The notes: generated by a model not told the origin, from the sequence alone. A stretch of DNA of 63,772 nucleotides, filler included, from Octopus bimaculoides (GCF_001194135.2; 7 parts of 6 records of this genome joined end to end with filler, not necessarily neighbours in it); one strand, 5' to 3'. Positions 37,951 to 52,535 are shown, numbered from the whole stretch's first letter. Numbers and translations: made by a program.

Positions 37951-38132
37951 CAGGGCGTTGGACGAATTATATAATGAGAAAATTGCAAAAAGTATTAGTC
38001 TGAAGGAGAAGTAGTTGCAGAGTCACTTATAACAGTTGAGGTGAGAACAGCGGTGGCAATGGGATGTTGACGTTAATACAGCTGTCATTTCCACGCGACG
38101 CTGCATACATACTTCAGTAAATACATAGATAC

Positions 38133-38169
<37 letters not shown>

Positions 38170-39534
38170 GTGGGTGTGACGAATAAATAGCTTTAAGGAG
38201 AGAGGGGTAGGTGGATTTTCAGCTGTCCATCGCAAAGAAACATTCACACACAGACATATATATACATACATACGTACATGCATATATACATATATACATA
38301 CATACATACATACATACATACATACATACATACATACGTACGTACATACATATATATATGCCTACTATACACCATTTTCAATTTGTGATTATCTGTGTGC
38401 GTTTGTAAATGTGTGTGCGTGTGTGTGTGCGCGTGCGAGTGTGTGTGTGTGTATGTGTGTGTGTGTGTTTGACGTCCTATAACTGTCTGTCTCTACTTTT
38501 GTAGGGTCTTCCCTGTTGCTGTCACATTGTGAGATTTTTAAATTACGTCATAATTTTCAAATTTGGTAAAATGAAATAATTTTCCACGTGAAATCCGATT
38601 TTGTTATTTATTTGTTCCAGAAAAAGTGCACAAAAACGTTATGGAAGTTTAAAGTTTAATCAATTTTACCTAATCAGAAAACAGGATTTGGAAGCTGGCA
38701 TTTTCTGCATGACGCTGTCTATCACGAAATGAAAGCAAAATCATTAGGAGGAGGAATGTTTATTAAACAAACGAAAGCAAAGCATTACGATGAGTTGTAA
38801 GTTGTAAGAACTAAAGTTTTAATGAATAGAATCATGTGAAACGGTCGAACAGTCATCGAAGTTTTTTGGCGAAAAATTGCACAAATCTACCTATCTGTCG
38901 AGGAAGGCATGCTCTGACATGGAATAAATAAAAATTTATATAAGACATTCTANNNNNNNNNNNNNNNNNNNNNNNNNNNNNNNNNNNNNNNNNNNNNNNN
39001 NNNNNNNNNNNNNNNNNNNNNNNNNNNNNNNNNNNNNNNNNNNNNNNNNNNNNNNNNNNNNNNNNNNNNNNNNNNNNNNNNNNNNNNNNNNNNNNNNNNN
39101 NNNNNNNNNNNNNNNNNNNNTATATATATATATATATATATATATTATACATGTATCTTCTATTGCTCATGCCTGAAATGTCTGATTCGGGATAAGCAGG
39201 CACGACCACAGATACTACATGGGAAGGTGGGTTGGTCAAGGCTGAGTATAGTGTCCTTGTTTTTCACCCTCTTTTCTCTTGGCTGCAGGTATCTTCACGG
39301 AATGCTGTTGCTTGGCGAATACGTGCATGCGTGCGTGTGTGTATTATTCATTTAGAAAATTGCATTTTATAAAATTTCAATCCAACATGGACATATTTTT
39401 CGGCCTAACGAAGGCTGCCAAACAACGTCCAAGAAAATTAGTAATTTGATATATATTTCTGAATTAATATTACTATATATAAACTAGAACGCTTTTCACC
39501 AGCAAAAGCTTCCTTCAATCTTGAACATCAAAAT

Positions 39535-40035
39535 GGGAATACTATGTAACGAACAACAAAGTCCTGGAAAGAGCCAACAGTCAAAGCATCGAATCGCTAG
39601 CCATAAAACATCGTTTTCAATGGTCAAGACATGTAACAACAATGGAAGAGACAAGGTCCCTACGCCAAGTCTTTTAAAGCAAGCTCACTTCCAAGAGTAA
39701 CCCTCTTAGAAGATACAAGGAGCAACTCAAAACAACAACGTAAGCCACTGGACTTGAGCATAAATTGTTTGAAACAAAAGCCCCAGACAATGCCACCAGC
39801 GATGTTCCATCACCAACGGAACCTAAATCTTCGAAGCTGCCAGAAGAGAAAAGGAGGACATCAAACAACAGGAAGGAAGGGCTCGGCAAATCAACCACGT
39901 CTTCTAATAACATTACCATACAATCATTGCCATCGACTCTTTCGTGCAAGAATTGGTCTACACTATCAACACTATCTTCATAAAGGAAACGTTCAACAAA
40001 GATGAAATTAAAATCTCGGATACGAGAATATCCGT
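39535..40035 (+). mobile_element. RTE (BovB-like) LINE 3' relic
   Basis: NNKVLERANSQSIESLAIKHRFQWSRHVTTMEETR..PLRRYKEQLK..CHRLFRARIGLHYQH, followed by a TATG/TACG tail. Confidence 0.82.
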
Positions 40036-40364
40036 ATATGTGGATATGTATGCATGTACGTACGTATGTATGTATGTACGTACGTACGTATATATATGTA
40101 TTTATGTATGTATGTTTGTGTGTATGTATGTATGTATGTATGTATGCATGTGTGTATGTACGTACGTATGTGTGTGTGTATATATGTACGTACGTACGTA
40201 TATATATGTATGTATGTATGTATGTATTTATCACTCAATTAGACATCATGCTGCGTATCCAACAGTCTACTATTTCTGGTTTCATATCTTCTTTGCCTTG
40301 AATGTGTCACACAGTTTAAAAAGAGAAAGCTGTCACCACGACTACGTTATTCAATTTCACTCAC

Positions 40365-40473
<109 letters not shown>

Positions 40474-40576
40474 CTCGACGGCGATCATGTCAATAACAAT
40501 TACTACTATGTGGATAAATATAGCAAATTGTGTGGAGAAGAATGAATGATGGATGCGTTCTCTTTAAAAACGTATC

Positions 40577-40609
<33 letters not shown>

Positions 40610-40623
40610 CTGTGTGTGTGTGT

Positions 40624-40657
<34 letters not shown>

Positions 40658-42746
40658 TCCATGTCTGTCCAAACATAAATGGCTAAACATGACCAACGGT
40701 GACATAAAAGTGAAAGATAACAAGAGAACTAATAATTTTTTTCTAATTAGTCACTAGTAACCTGATAAGTTTGAATCTATTCAGCAGTTTAGAGTCGCTA
40801 CGAAGCAATCAGGTTAGTTTAGCAGACGATCAAGTGTCTCAAACTGTGCATAGAAGTCCAACTAATACAAGCACACACAAACACAGACATGCACACACGC
40901 AAACATGCTCATACATACACACACAAACACAGATATGCTCATATGTAAAGACGTGCTCACACACACACACTCACACATACACACTGACACACGCTTTCCT
41001 TTTGTTACTATGTTTATATTTAAGTCATGATTTTGTGAGCTGTCAGCAAGCCGATATCGGGACTAGGTTTCAATTCCCATACGATAGTGACTCACTGCCT
41101 CAACCACTAAATAAACTGTTGTGGTAATGTGAGATGGAAAAATAGAGTTAAATGAATCGATGCAGTATACAAATGAGAGTTGTTTTATTGGCCCTGGAGT
41201 GTTGAGCGACGAAGTTTAACTTGGGAAGATTTGAAAACTGAATCAAGAGATCCCAAAACAAATCAGAACCTTTTAGCTTGACACTACCAATACTAACGTT
41301 CGTTATAACTATTTTTTGTTACTGCACCCCACTTTACAGCTCCACATCCTTAATGGTCTTCATTTCTTACCTCAAGCTTAAAACCAATTATTTAGTCCCA
41401 AAACAGCCCTCATCCTTCAGACCTTTGATCAAAGGTGTTCAAACTATGATCATTCTTTCTTTTATATTGTGTTTCTTTCACAGAAAGTGTGCGTAGTAGA
41501 TCGCATTTTTCACGGAGTCCCTACCCTATTGTTAGTAGAGTGTGAATCGAAGGCGGCTGTTTCTAGCAAATAGAGCGATTGTGCAGAAGCTCTCTTGTTT
41601 CTTAAGTTAATAAATGTATAATATACGAAGGTATTCTTTCAGAAGAAAAGATACCGTCTTTTTGGATGAGGCTCCTTGTATAACAAAAGCGAGTTCTCAA
41701 GAAATGCATTTCTCTACTTTTCACAGTAAATCAACCCAACATACAACGCTTTGTGAATATCTGTCGTCTTTGTCATTGTTACTCGTTTGCTGTTGAGAAT
41801 GATGAGAATTGCACCGAAGAGGCATTCTACTCTGAGTGGACTCGGACACTGAGAATTAAGCGTTTTGGCCAAGAATGTGAAACATTGTCAAAGAAAGTGC
41901 ACTTCGAATGATTTGCCAAAAATGAAACACTTTCGGTGAGAAATGTTGGCCTGTTCGCCTAGCCAGCGGGGTGACGTCATTCGAAGGTTAAAACAATGCA
42001 AAACGCATTGTGACCATCGATGTATAACAACATCTTATAGCCTGGTTAGTCACGTGATCACATGAAAACATTTGTTACAGAAATATTAGAACGTCGGTGT
42101 GGATTGATATTTTGAAACATTAATATAAACATGTGCAATATAAACATACTGCGACCATTCCAAGTAGCATATTAGTTGGAATATATACTCGGAATATAAA
42201 ACTATTTCGACCGCTTTAAGCGTCATATTACTAATGGTGTATAGTCATGAATATATAAATATTAAAAATATTACCACTTCAAATTTTATACTACTAGAAG
42301 TGTTGAGTCAGAGTAGAGTAATATGGCGACTATTCTGAGCAATAATTGTTTTGTGTGCTACATTACCTATTACCTTTCCTTTTAAAACACTACATTTAAA
42401 AGTTATTTTTCACTATTTAACTACAAAACCATATTATTCATTGTCGTAAATTTTTACTTAAGGCTACACTTCACTATACATTCAAAATATTACCCTACAT
42501 TATACAATCTACATTACAATAGACTACATATACTAGCTACACTTTACATTTAGATTACACTGTACGCTACGTTACATTACAAATATGCGTGGCGGGAGGA
42601 ATACAAGAATTTATTATACCTGTCTCATTATATCTATATATCTTCTTCCACGAACAGTTTAAAATAATAAATACCATAACAACAGCAAACCTGTTATTTG
42701 GGTCTTTTCCTTAGTGCGTACGAGAAGGATTAAATCTCAAGAATTA

Positions 42747-42865
42747 CAATAATGCCTCGATATACGAGTTAATTTGTTCCTGGAGACCACTTGTAAAGCG
42801 AAAACTCAAAAAGTGGAGCAATAATTTCCCATAGTAGCAATGCTATAAATCGTAATTCGTTCCTA
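42747..42865 (+). mobile_element. Tigger/pogo-like DNA transposon end
   Basis: tacaataatgcctcgatatacgagttaatttgttcc..cttgtaaagcgaaaactc..tttcccatag, resembling MER2/Tigger-type termini. Confidence 0.55.
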
Positions 42866-43041
42866 GAAAAATATTTTATTGTTAAAATTTATAATACACG
42901 TAAATAAATGGCAATAAAATAACAGTAGAATGTAAAGAATATTTTATGTAAAGTAAAAAGAATATCAAGATAATTTATAATAAAAAATATTATTATTATT
43001 ATTATTATTATTATCATCATCATCATTATTATTACTATTAC

Positions 43042-43097
<56 letters not shown>

Positions 43098-43227
43098 NNN
43101 NNNNNNNNNNNNNNNNNNNNNNNNNNNNNNNNNNNNNNNNNTTAATTAATTAANNNNNNNNNNNNNNNNNNNNNNNNNNNNNNNNNNNNNNNNNNNNTAT
43201 ATATACATATATAATGTCTGTGTATAT

Positions 43228-43270
<43 letters not shown>

Positions 43271-43433
43271 TACACACACACGTGTGCGTGTGTGTATGAT
43301 TTCCTGAGTGTGAATGTTTACATTTATGTAGGTACATGTGCGTTTGAATGTATGTATGTTATGTATATATGTTATATGCATGTATATACATTATATGATA
43401 TATGTATGTGTGGATGAATCTATATATATGTAC

Positions 43434-43466
<33 letters not shown>

Positions 43467-43689
43467 ACACACACACACACACACATTGATACTTACATAC
43501 AAATAGAAATACATGCAGACTTATATACTTCCATACTTATACATGCAAACTTATATGCTTCCATACTTATAAAAATATATACATATAGATATATACATAC
43601 ACCGGTATACATGCGTTCATATTTACATATACACACACATGTATCTGTATGGTCCTTTTATTTTTCAAAGAATTATCTAAGTTCCATTA

Positions 43690-43950
43690 TTTTTTTTTTA
43701 CCGCCCTTTTAAAGCCTAGCCAGGCTCATGGTCCCGGTTTCCCGGTTTCAATGGCGTATGTGTTCCCCCCAGCTGGACGGGACGCCAGTCCATCGCGGCG
43801 TTACTCATTTTTGCCAGCTGAGTGGACTGGAGCAACGTGAAATGAAGTGTTTTGCTCAAGAACACAACGCGTCGACCGTTCCAGGAATCGAAACCAAAAT
43901 CTTACGATCACAATGTTGACACCCTAACCACTAATCCACGTGCCTCCATT
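43690..43950 (-). mobile_element. Full-length SINE, family B
   Basis: Reverse-complement head (ggcacgtggattagtggttagggtgtc..ggtttcgattcctgg) and the tail shared with the 3738 copy. Confidence 0.88.
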
Positions 43951-44094
43951 ATTACTGGAATTTAAATAACAGACAAGGAATTGTTACACGCTGAACTTTA
44001 GGAAAGTCTTGCATATTTTTGCTGTTCCGTTTACTGATTATATTTGCGAAGTACGACTTAGCCGGACTCTTTCTTTGATCTTTAATACTAGTTT

Positions 44095-44295
44095 AAAATT
44101 TTGGCACAAGGCCAGCAATTTCGGGCGAGGGGGGGTAAATCGATTACATCGACTTGACTGGTATGTATTTTAACGAGCCGGAAAGGATGACAGGCAACGT
44201 CAATTCCGGCGAAATTTGAGCTCAGAATGTAAAGACGGACGAAATGCCGCTAAGCAGTTTGCCCAGCATGCTAACAATTCTGCTAGATAGCCAGT
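44095..44295 (-). mobile_element. Degenerate SINE, family C
   Basis: ttttggcacaaggccagcaatttc..ctcagaatgtaaagacggacgaaatgccgctaagc. Confidence 0.82.
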
Positions 44296-44305
44296 GATAA
44301 TAATA

Positions 44306-44365
<60 letters not shown>

Positions 44366-44401
44366 GCACTGGTGCAGTAACTCGGGGTAAAAACAATGAT
44401 T

Positions 44402-44439
44402 CATAGATAGATAGATAGATAGATAGATAGGTAGGTAGG

Positions 44440-44484
<45 letters not shown>

Positions 44485-44485
44485 G

Positions 44486-44570
<85 letters not shown>
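44402..44570. repeat. (AGAT)n microsatellite
   Basis: Direct reading. Confidence 0.97.
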
Positions 44571-45147
44571 GCGACAGACAGACGAGAACTCGTTATGGAG
44601 AGATTACTCACCCTAGTCGAAGACAGAGGAGGAGAAAGAGATAGATAATTTGGTATACCCCGCCTGTTACGAGTAACGTAAGAACTAACATCCCTAAAAT
44701 CTTTTACAGATCCTCGGAAAAGCCAGTTTTATAGCTGCTTCAGATAGGTTGAAGTTTGCTAACCATAATGTGCAGACCTGCTTCGGGAAAACGGTAGTTT
44801 GGGAGACTACTTCGCGTGTCAACACCAACCCGGATAGCGCATACTCCAAGGTCTCTTCCGAGAGAACCCGCAGGAGCGGGAATAATCACAGGATAGATGG
44901 AACTTCCGGAAGTTACTCGGATTTGCTTGAGTCTCGATCTTAAACCGTAAGTTGCACCCATTTTATGAATCTCACCGCCTACCACTGAACTAGGATCTCC
45001 TAACCAGTCCACTCCAAGCACCTGTCAGTCGGATGTAACTTTCGGGCCCCTTCAGATTGCTCCCTGGATGGGCAGCGCATATAAAAAAAATAACGTTGCG
45101 TATAAATGTAAGAGGGTTACACACAATAGAAGAAAAAAATTGTGAAA

Positions 45148-45478
45148 GCATGTGGCTTAGTGGCTAGGATATTTCGGCCCACGACCGTAAGATCGTGAGT
45201 TCAATTCCGGGCGATGCGTTGTGTCCTTGAGCAGGGCACTCTATTTCACTCTCCTTCAGTCCATTCAGCTGGCAAAAATAAGTAGTACATGTATTTAAGA
45301 AGGGTCGGCCTTGTCACATATTGTGTCACGCTGAATCTCCTTGAGAGCTACGTCAAGGGCACGAGTATCTGTAAAGTGCTCCGTCACACGTTAAGTGCCG
45401 ATCATGCTGTTCCGTTGATCAGATCAAGTGGGACCCTCGTCGTCGTAACCGACGGAGTGCCAGTAGAAAATTTGCATC
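45148..45478 (+). mobile_element. SINE, family B head with alternative tail
   Basis: A/B boxes and ccttgagcagggcact core; tail aagggtcggccttgtcaca..gtcgtaaccgacggagtgcc. Confidence 0.85.
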
Positions 45479-46594
45479 GGAACCATAACGAATCCCGTGA
45501 AACAGCGTATTTCTACGTATAAGCACTCTTTCTCCAACCTGAGACTTCACCTCTCTACCTTACTAGCTGAATACATCCACAACTTGACGATGTTAAGATT
45601 AGGACTGAACTAGGTCGTTAATCATGCACGTGCTTTCATAAATTGTTCAAATGATATTTAGATTGACTTCCTCGGTGAAGATTAATAACAGTTTGAATAC
45701 TGTTTATGTTTATTCCTTGAATGATTTTAGGTATTTTTTTTAGGAATTTGACCTGAAGAGTGACTGATTTTGGGAGTAAAATCATTTCCCCGTTCTAATG
45801 AACTTGGATTGAATTTGCTTATGAGTTTATATAGTCCTATTGCCATGAAACGCGCGTAGTCTATGTACAAGCACTGACTTTTATACATTTATACTTTTTA
45901 CACATCATATTATTGTATTAATTTTTACTGTCCTATTCATACTTTATTTGATTTTTAAATTATTATTTTTATGATGAATGTTTCTTTATATGATATATTA
46001 TATATTATTAAAATTATAGATTAAAATCTCAGATAAATATTGATATGGTATATGCCTCACAGCATGGTTTTGAACGGGTTCTTCGTTAACTGAGTTGTAG
46101 AGTGGTAGTTCGTCTCTAAATTAGTTATATATATATATATATATATATATNNNNNNNNNNNNNNNNNNNNNNNNNNNNNNNNNNNNNNNNNNNNTTAATT
46201 AATTAANNNNNNNNNNNNNNNNNNNNNNNNNNNNNNNNNNNNNNNNNNNNTATATATATATATATATATGTATATGTATATGTATATATATATATGTATA
46301 TATATATACACGTATAAGCACATACAGAATAGGAATTAATTTCCTGAGGCATTCTACTTTTCTTGAGTTACTCTTTCTCTTCACGCTGGAATATCGTTTT
46401 CGTATCTTCCCTTCATTCTCTTTCCTCCTTGATGTCGCCTCTTCCCTACCCTCCCAATCTTCTCTCGCTGTCTCTTTTTGTCTTTTCTCTATTATTCATT
46501 CATAGTAGCTACACACATAGATCAGTTTGCTTGTGTCTCTGCCTGTCTGTCTATTTCTCATACATACATACATACATACATACACACGCATCCA

Positions 46595-46630
<36 letters not shown>

Positions 46631-46947
46631 TGTATGTATGTATGTATGTATGTATATATATATATATATATATATATGTATNNNNNNNNNNNNNNNNNNN
46701 NNNNNNNNNNNNNNNNNNNNNNNNNNNNNNNNNNNNNNNNNNNNNNNNNNNNNNNNNNNNNNNNNNNNNNNNNNNNNNNNNNNNNNNNNNNNNNNNNNNN
46801 NNNNNNNNNNNNNNNNNNNNNNNNNNNNNNNNNNNNNNNNNNNNNNNNNNNNNNNNNNNNNNNNNNNNNNNNNNNNNNNNNNNNNNNNNNNNNNNNNNNN
46901 NNNNNNNNNNNNNNNNNNNNNNNNNNNNNNNNNNNNNNNNNNNNNNN

Positions 46948-46992
<45 letters not shown>

Positions 46993-47151
46993 CATACATA
47001 CACTGATGAATATGATCTGCCAGCATGTGTCATGCATTGACTATAGTTTTAAATGTTCACGCTGTCGCAGACGACATAAATGTTGTACCGGAAATAGGAA
47101 GAAAGCAAAAAGTGAGAAGAGAAAAGAGAGGGGGAAATAAAACCATGGGGG

Positions 47152-47190
<39 letters not shown>

Positions 47191-48704
47191 AAATTAAAGG
47201 TAGGGAATAAGATGGAGAAAAAGAGGGAGAGAGATTGTAATGCTCGAGAAAAGTGGTCACACCAAAGCAAATTTTCTATCCATGAGTATAAGTTATCTCA
47301 CATGTAATTGTAGTTAGTAAACGCTTTTGCAAAAACATCACTATTCTCTCTAATTAGATTTTCTTTATCTGTTTATTAAATCTTTACCTCACAGACACTT
47401 TAATAATAAATATTTTCTTCTCTATAATATTTATATTATCCTCTTCGACTTTCTCGTTTTCTGTTAATAAATCCTGGAAACTCTTAGCGCAGTTTAATCA
47501 TTCTTATACATACGCGCGCACACACACACAAACATATTCACATACATGTACATGCATATACAGACATAAATGCATACATACACATATACGTACATACAAT
47601 CATACACACAAATATATATATAAATATACATACATATATACGTACATACACACACACATACATACACACATATATACCACATATACATGCATCTAAAGAA
47701 ATATGTCGCATGAGACAATTTTGTGTTGGAAATTATTATGTTTGATGTTTATGATATATATATATATATATATACACATGCATAATTATATATCATATAT
47801 ATATATATNNNNNNNNNNNNNNNNNNNNNNNNNNNNNNNNNNNNNNNNNNNNNNNNNNNNNNNNNNNNNNNNNNNNNNNNNNNNNNNNNNNNNNNNNNNN
47901 NNNNNNNNNNNNNNNNNNNNNNNNNNNNNNNNNNNNNNNNNNNNNNNNNNNNNNNNNNNNNNNNNNNNNNNNNNNNNNNNNNNNNNNNNNNNNNNNNNNN
48001 NNNNNNNNNNNNNNNNNNNNNNNNNNNNNNNNNNNNNNNNNNNNNNNNNNNNNNNNNNNNNNNNNNNNNNNNNNNNNNNNNNNNNNNNNNNNNNNNNNNN
48101 NNNNNNNNNNNNNNNNNNNNNNNNNNNNNNNNNNNNNNNNNNNNNNNNNNNNNNNNNNNNNNNNNNNNNNNNNNNNNNNNNNNNNNNNNNNNNNNNNNNN
48201 NNNNNNNNNNNNNNNNNNNNNNNNNNNNNNNNNNNNNNNNNNNNNNNNNNNNNNNNNNNNNNNNNNNNNNNNNNNNNNNNNNNNNNNNNNNNNNNNNNNN
48301 NNNNNNNNNNNNNNNNNNNNNNNNNNNNNNNNNNNNNNNNNNNNNNNNNNNNNNNNNNNNNNNNNNNTACTCTCATGTCGTCCTTATAATAGCTTCTCTT
48401 TGATTTTTAAAATTATTTTGATGTCTGTGAATTTTGTCATTTTTATATATTTTTTATTTTCCTTTTAGAGTTTTTTTTTGTTTTGTTACATCTTTTGTTG
48501 TCCAAACTAATTGAAAAGTTGAATGGACAAACAATTTGAAACACACACACACACGCACACACACACACACACTAATGAATCTCTGGGAATGTAAGAGTGC
48601 TACTTATTAAATAAATTAATATAGCGACTACTTGATCTAGAGAGTAAGTTACTTTGTGGTAAATCGCCAAGAAATCACCAATTTCATATATGTGTATATA
48701 AGTG

Positions 48705-48980
48705 AAGGCGCAATGGCCCAGTGGTTAGGGCAGCGGACTCGCGGTCATAGGATCGTGGCTCGATTCCCAGACCGGGCGTTGTGAGGGTTTATTGAGCGAA
48801 AACACCTAAAGCACCACGAGGCTCCGGCAGGGGATGGTGGCGAACCCTGCTGTACTCTTTCACCACAACTTTCTCTCACTCTTACTTTCTGTTTCTGTTG
48901 TGCCTGTAATTCAAAGGGTCAGCCTCGTCACGTCACACTGTGTGACGTTGAATATCCCTGAGAACTACGTTAAGGGTACA
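48705..48980 (+). mobile_element. SINE, family B-like head with distinct middle and the 45.3-kb-type tail
   Basis: gaaggcgcaatggcccagtggttagg..gattcccagacc; the tail from 48910 matches 45295-45360. Confidence 0.82.
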
Positions 48981-49519
48981 NNNNNNNNNNNNNNNNNNNN
49001 NNNNNNNNNNNNNNNNNNNNNNNNTTAATTAATTAANNNNNNNNNNNNNNNNNNNNNNNNNNNNNNNNNNNNNNNNNNNNCATATGTAGCAAAAGCTGTT
49101 TGCGATGTTTACACAGTTTCTTGGCATTATGAAGGTGAATGGAATATGTGAACTTAGTACACAACCGCACACCTACACTTCAAGCCCAGCATTGACAAAG
49201 CATCGGTGACTCGTCGGCTCAGTGTTGCCAAGCTTCAGGGACTCATTGACCCAGATAGCTGGATTTGTGATTTCACTAGGTTAATTCTGTTCCTAAACAT
49301 TTAAATTAGGAATATTTCTTAAACCGTTAGCTTCATATTTCAACAGCTTAACTGAAATTTAGCCCACGTAACAGGAACTGAGCGGGATATCGTGGAACAG
49401 AGAAACTGTGAGTGATACAGATAATTTGACATCATTTTTGAATTCTGCATGCAAAAACGTATGAGATACAGGTATTCTTTTTCTAGGAACAAATTCTGTC
49501 AACAAACAAGTCAAATACA

Positions 49520-49975
49520 AAATGTCAAACAAGACAAATACATTGCGTTATCTGGGAACTGATATGAGCAACAAAGCTTCTATTCATGTGCATATCAACG
49601 AGAAGGTGGCAGGAGAACTTTCAGAACAAGGGACTATAAAATTATGCTGGCTCTATGGAGGACAATTGTCCTCAGCCGTCTAGACTACAGCTCTCAACTG
49701 TGGTCATCTTACAGTGTCAAATTAATAAAACTTGAGGCAGTTCTACGGTGCTACACAGGGAAGATTACATCAGCGGAACACAGCTGAGCTACTAAGAGAG
49801 ATGAAAGAGCTACGGCTCTACTCCCTGGGGTGAAGACGGTAGAGATTTGCAGTGATATACATATGGAAGATTTTGGAGGAGTTGGCACAAAACTTTGGCA
49901 TCGAGATCTATACCAGCTGGACCTCACTACACTGTTCCAAAGGTTTCAGCCATCCCGCCTAGAGAGAGTACATCT
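49520..49975 (+). mobile_element. CR1/L2-like LINE RT C-terminal relic
   Basis: LRYLGTDMSNK..FRTRDYKIMLALWRTIVLSRLDYSSQLWS..KELRLYSLG*RR*RFAVIYIWKIL. Confidence 0.82.
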
Positions 49976-51294
49976 ACTCCAATAACTTTGGATTCAAGAT
50001 CCATAGCTATTTAATACCTAAACGTTGTGTGTGTGTGTGTGTGTGTGTGTGTCTGTGTAGTTTACTATTCCGTGATGGTAAGATCAACAAAAAAAGTATT
50101 CCATCTGGTGAGAGATAAATATTATTCCAGAAACACAATATGTGTTTTTATGTGGTATTGTTACATTTATGTGCTAAGAGCATACCAGACAGTATTTTTT
50201 AACACGTCTGTTGTCCTAGCACAATCGTCAGACGCTGCCTACATGTCATAACAACTAAAAATGGGACAATAGATTGTGAGAGAAGTCAAGAAAAGGCGAA
50301 AAAGAAGTAGGTATAAAAAGCAAAAGGTTGAAAAACCGGAAAACGAAAAAGAAAGCAGAAAGAAGCAGTGGGGTGGGCATTACACCTTAAACCACAAAAT
50401 ATAAGGCTAGGAGTCGGTGGTACAATTGTTTAATCCGGAGAGGGTGGCACTTTCCAATTCGTCAACACGAACTCAGCTATAGGCTTACAACCGATGAAGA
50501 TTTCGGATCTAGTATAGTTAAACGCTTCGGTCACCACAAATTCTAAGCGGTGTGGTTATCTAATAACACTTATCCTATCTGTCGGACATTTAGATGCTAT
50601 GTATGTTCGCTCGCCTCGTCTTCCTTTTGAGGTTATATAATGCGACCTATGTCCCAACTTTCTGGTTGGCAACTGATCCTAATTTCTTATCTACGCCGAT
50701 TTACATTTGTGAATGAGAGGTAGTGGTATATAAGGTAAGAATTTTGCTCAACAAAGACGAATAAGGGTATATTAAATAACACAGAAGACAAACCTCATGA
50801 TTTATTGAAATAACCGTCGCTTCCAGAGGACAGAGAACAATCGTTCATTGGCAAATGAGATCAACTCCAAATGAGAAGGCCCAGCAGAATGAAATATTCT
50901 GACATATACAAAATAGTATAACACATTTATAGCCTAAGTAATTTACATAAAGGAAATGAAAATGAATTATGAGGAATAACCCAGAGAGAGAGAGAGGTGT
51001 AAGGGAGAGGTACAGAGAAAGATGGAGAGAACGAAAGAGAGAGAGGGGGAAGAGCAGTGCTGTTTGTGCGTGCGTGTGTATGGGGTGGGGGTGAGCGTAT
51101 GTGTGTTTGTGGGTGCGCGTGCATATGTTTTTTGTGTATATGCGCGCGCGCGTGTGTGTGTGTCATCATACAGAAATCGGTAAAAGGAATACTGGAGATG
51201 ATGTGATCGACCAAATAGAAAAGTAAAATCCTTGAATGTTGTGCCCCAGCATGACTGCAGTTCGTAAACTGAAAACAGTAGGAGATTAAATGAA

Positions 51295-51329
<35 letters not shown>

Positions 51330-52487
51330 ATTCAAGTATGTATGTATGTGCATTATATATATTTATATATATGTATGTATATATATATGTGAGTGTGCGT
51401 CTGTGTGTGTTTATATACATATATACATACATACATACATACATACATACATNNNNNNNNNNNNNNNNNNNNNNNNNNNNNNNNNNNNNNNNNNNNNNNN
51501 NNNNNNNNNNNNNNNNNNNNNNNNNNNNNNNNNNNNNNNNNNNNNNNNNNNNNNNNNNNNNNNNNNNNNNNNNNNNNNNNNNNNNNNNNNNNNNNNNNNN
51601 NNNNNNNNNNNNNNNNNNNNNNNNNNNNNNNNNNNNNNNNNNNNNNNNNNNNNNNNNNNNNNNNNNNNNNNNNNNNNNNNNNNNNNNNNNNNNNNNNNNN
51701 NNNNNNNNNNNNNNNNNNNNNNNNNNNNNNNNNNNNNNNNNNNNNNNNNNNNNNNNNNNNNNNNNNNNNNNNNNNNNNNNNNNNNNNNNNNNNNNNNNNN
51801 NNNNNNNNNNNNNNNNNNNNNNNNNNNNNNNNNNNNNNNNNNNNNNNNNNNNNNNNNNNNNNNNNNNGCCTGTGTTTATGGAAGGATGATAGTGATATAG
51901 TCGTGGTCAGCTTTCGACAAAGAGATATCACGGAATGGGCCTAATGTTGTATCCCACGTGTATGTGTGTGTGTGTGTGCGCGTGTGTGCGTGCGTTCACA
52001 TGCATGCATATGTGCGCGTCTGGACAGGCGCCTGTGCTTATGTGTGTGTATATTTATGTGTGTATGCATGTGTCTGTCCCAGGCTGTTTATGCATATTCG
52101 TGCAGCGTGTCGGTGTCTATACATCTGTGTGCGCATGTCTGTGTGCATGAGTGTATCTGTCTGTGTGAGCCTGAGTCTATAGTTGTGTCACATTTTCAGT
52201 GCTGTTGGATAAAGGATTGAAAAGTTGTTCTCGTCAGCACACATAACCATATACATATATGCACGCACGCACGCACCCACGCACACACATATGTATGTAT
52301 ATATGTATGCATGTATATATATATATGTATATGTATATGCGTATGNNNNNNNNNNTATATATATATATATGTATGTATGTATGTATGTATATATCTAATA
52401 TATATACATGTATATATATATTGTGGCATATACATTACAAATACACGTGTACGCACACACAACACAACACAAACATACGCAGATGAG

Positions 52488-52535
<48 letters not shown>

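Noticed and set aside
50490-50531. accGATGAAG...TAAACGCTTCggt hammerhead-like string
   Set aside because: Both core strands are mutated and stem II does not pair; too decayed to call.
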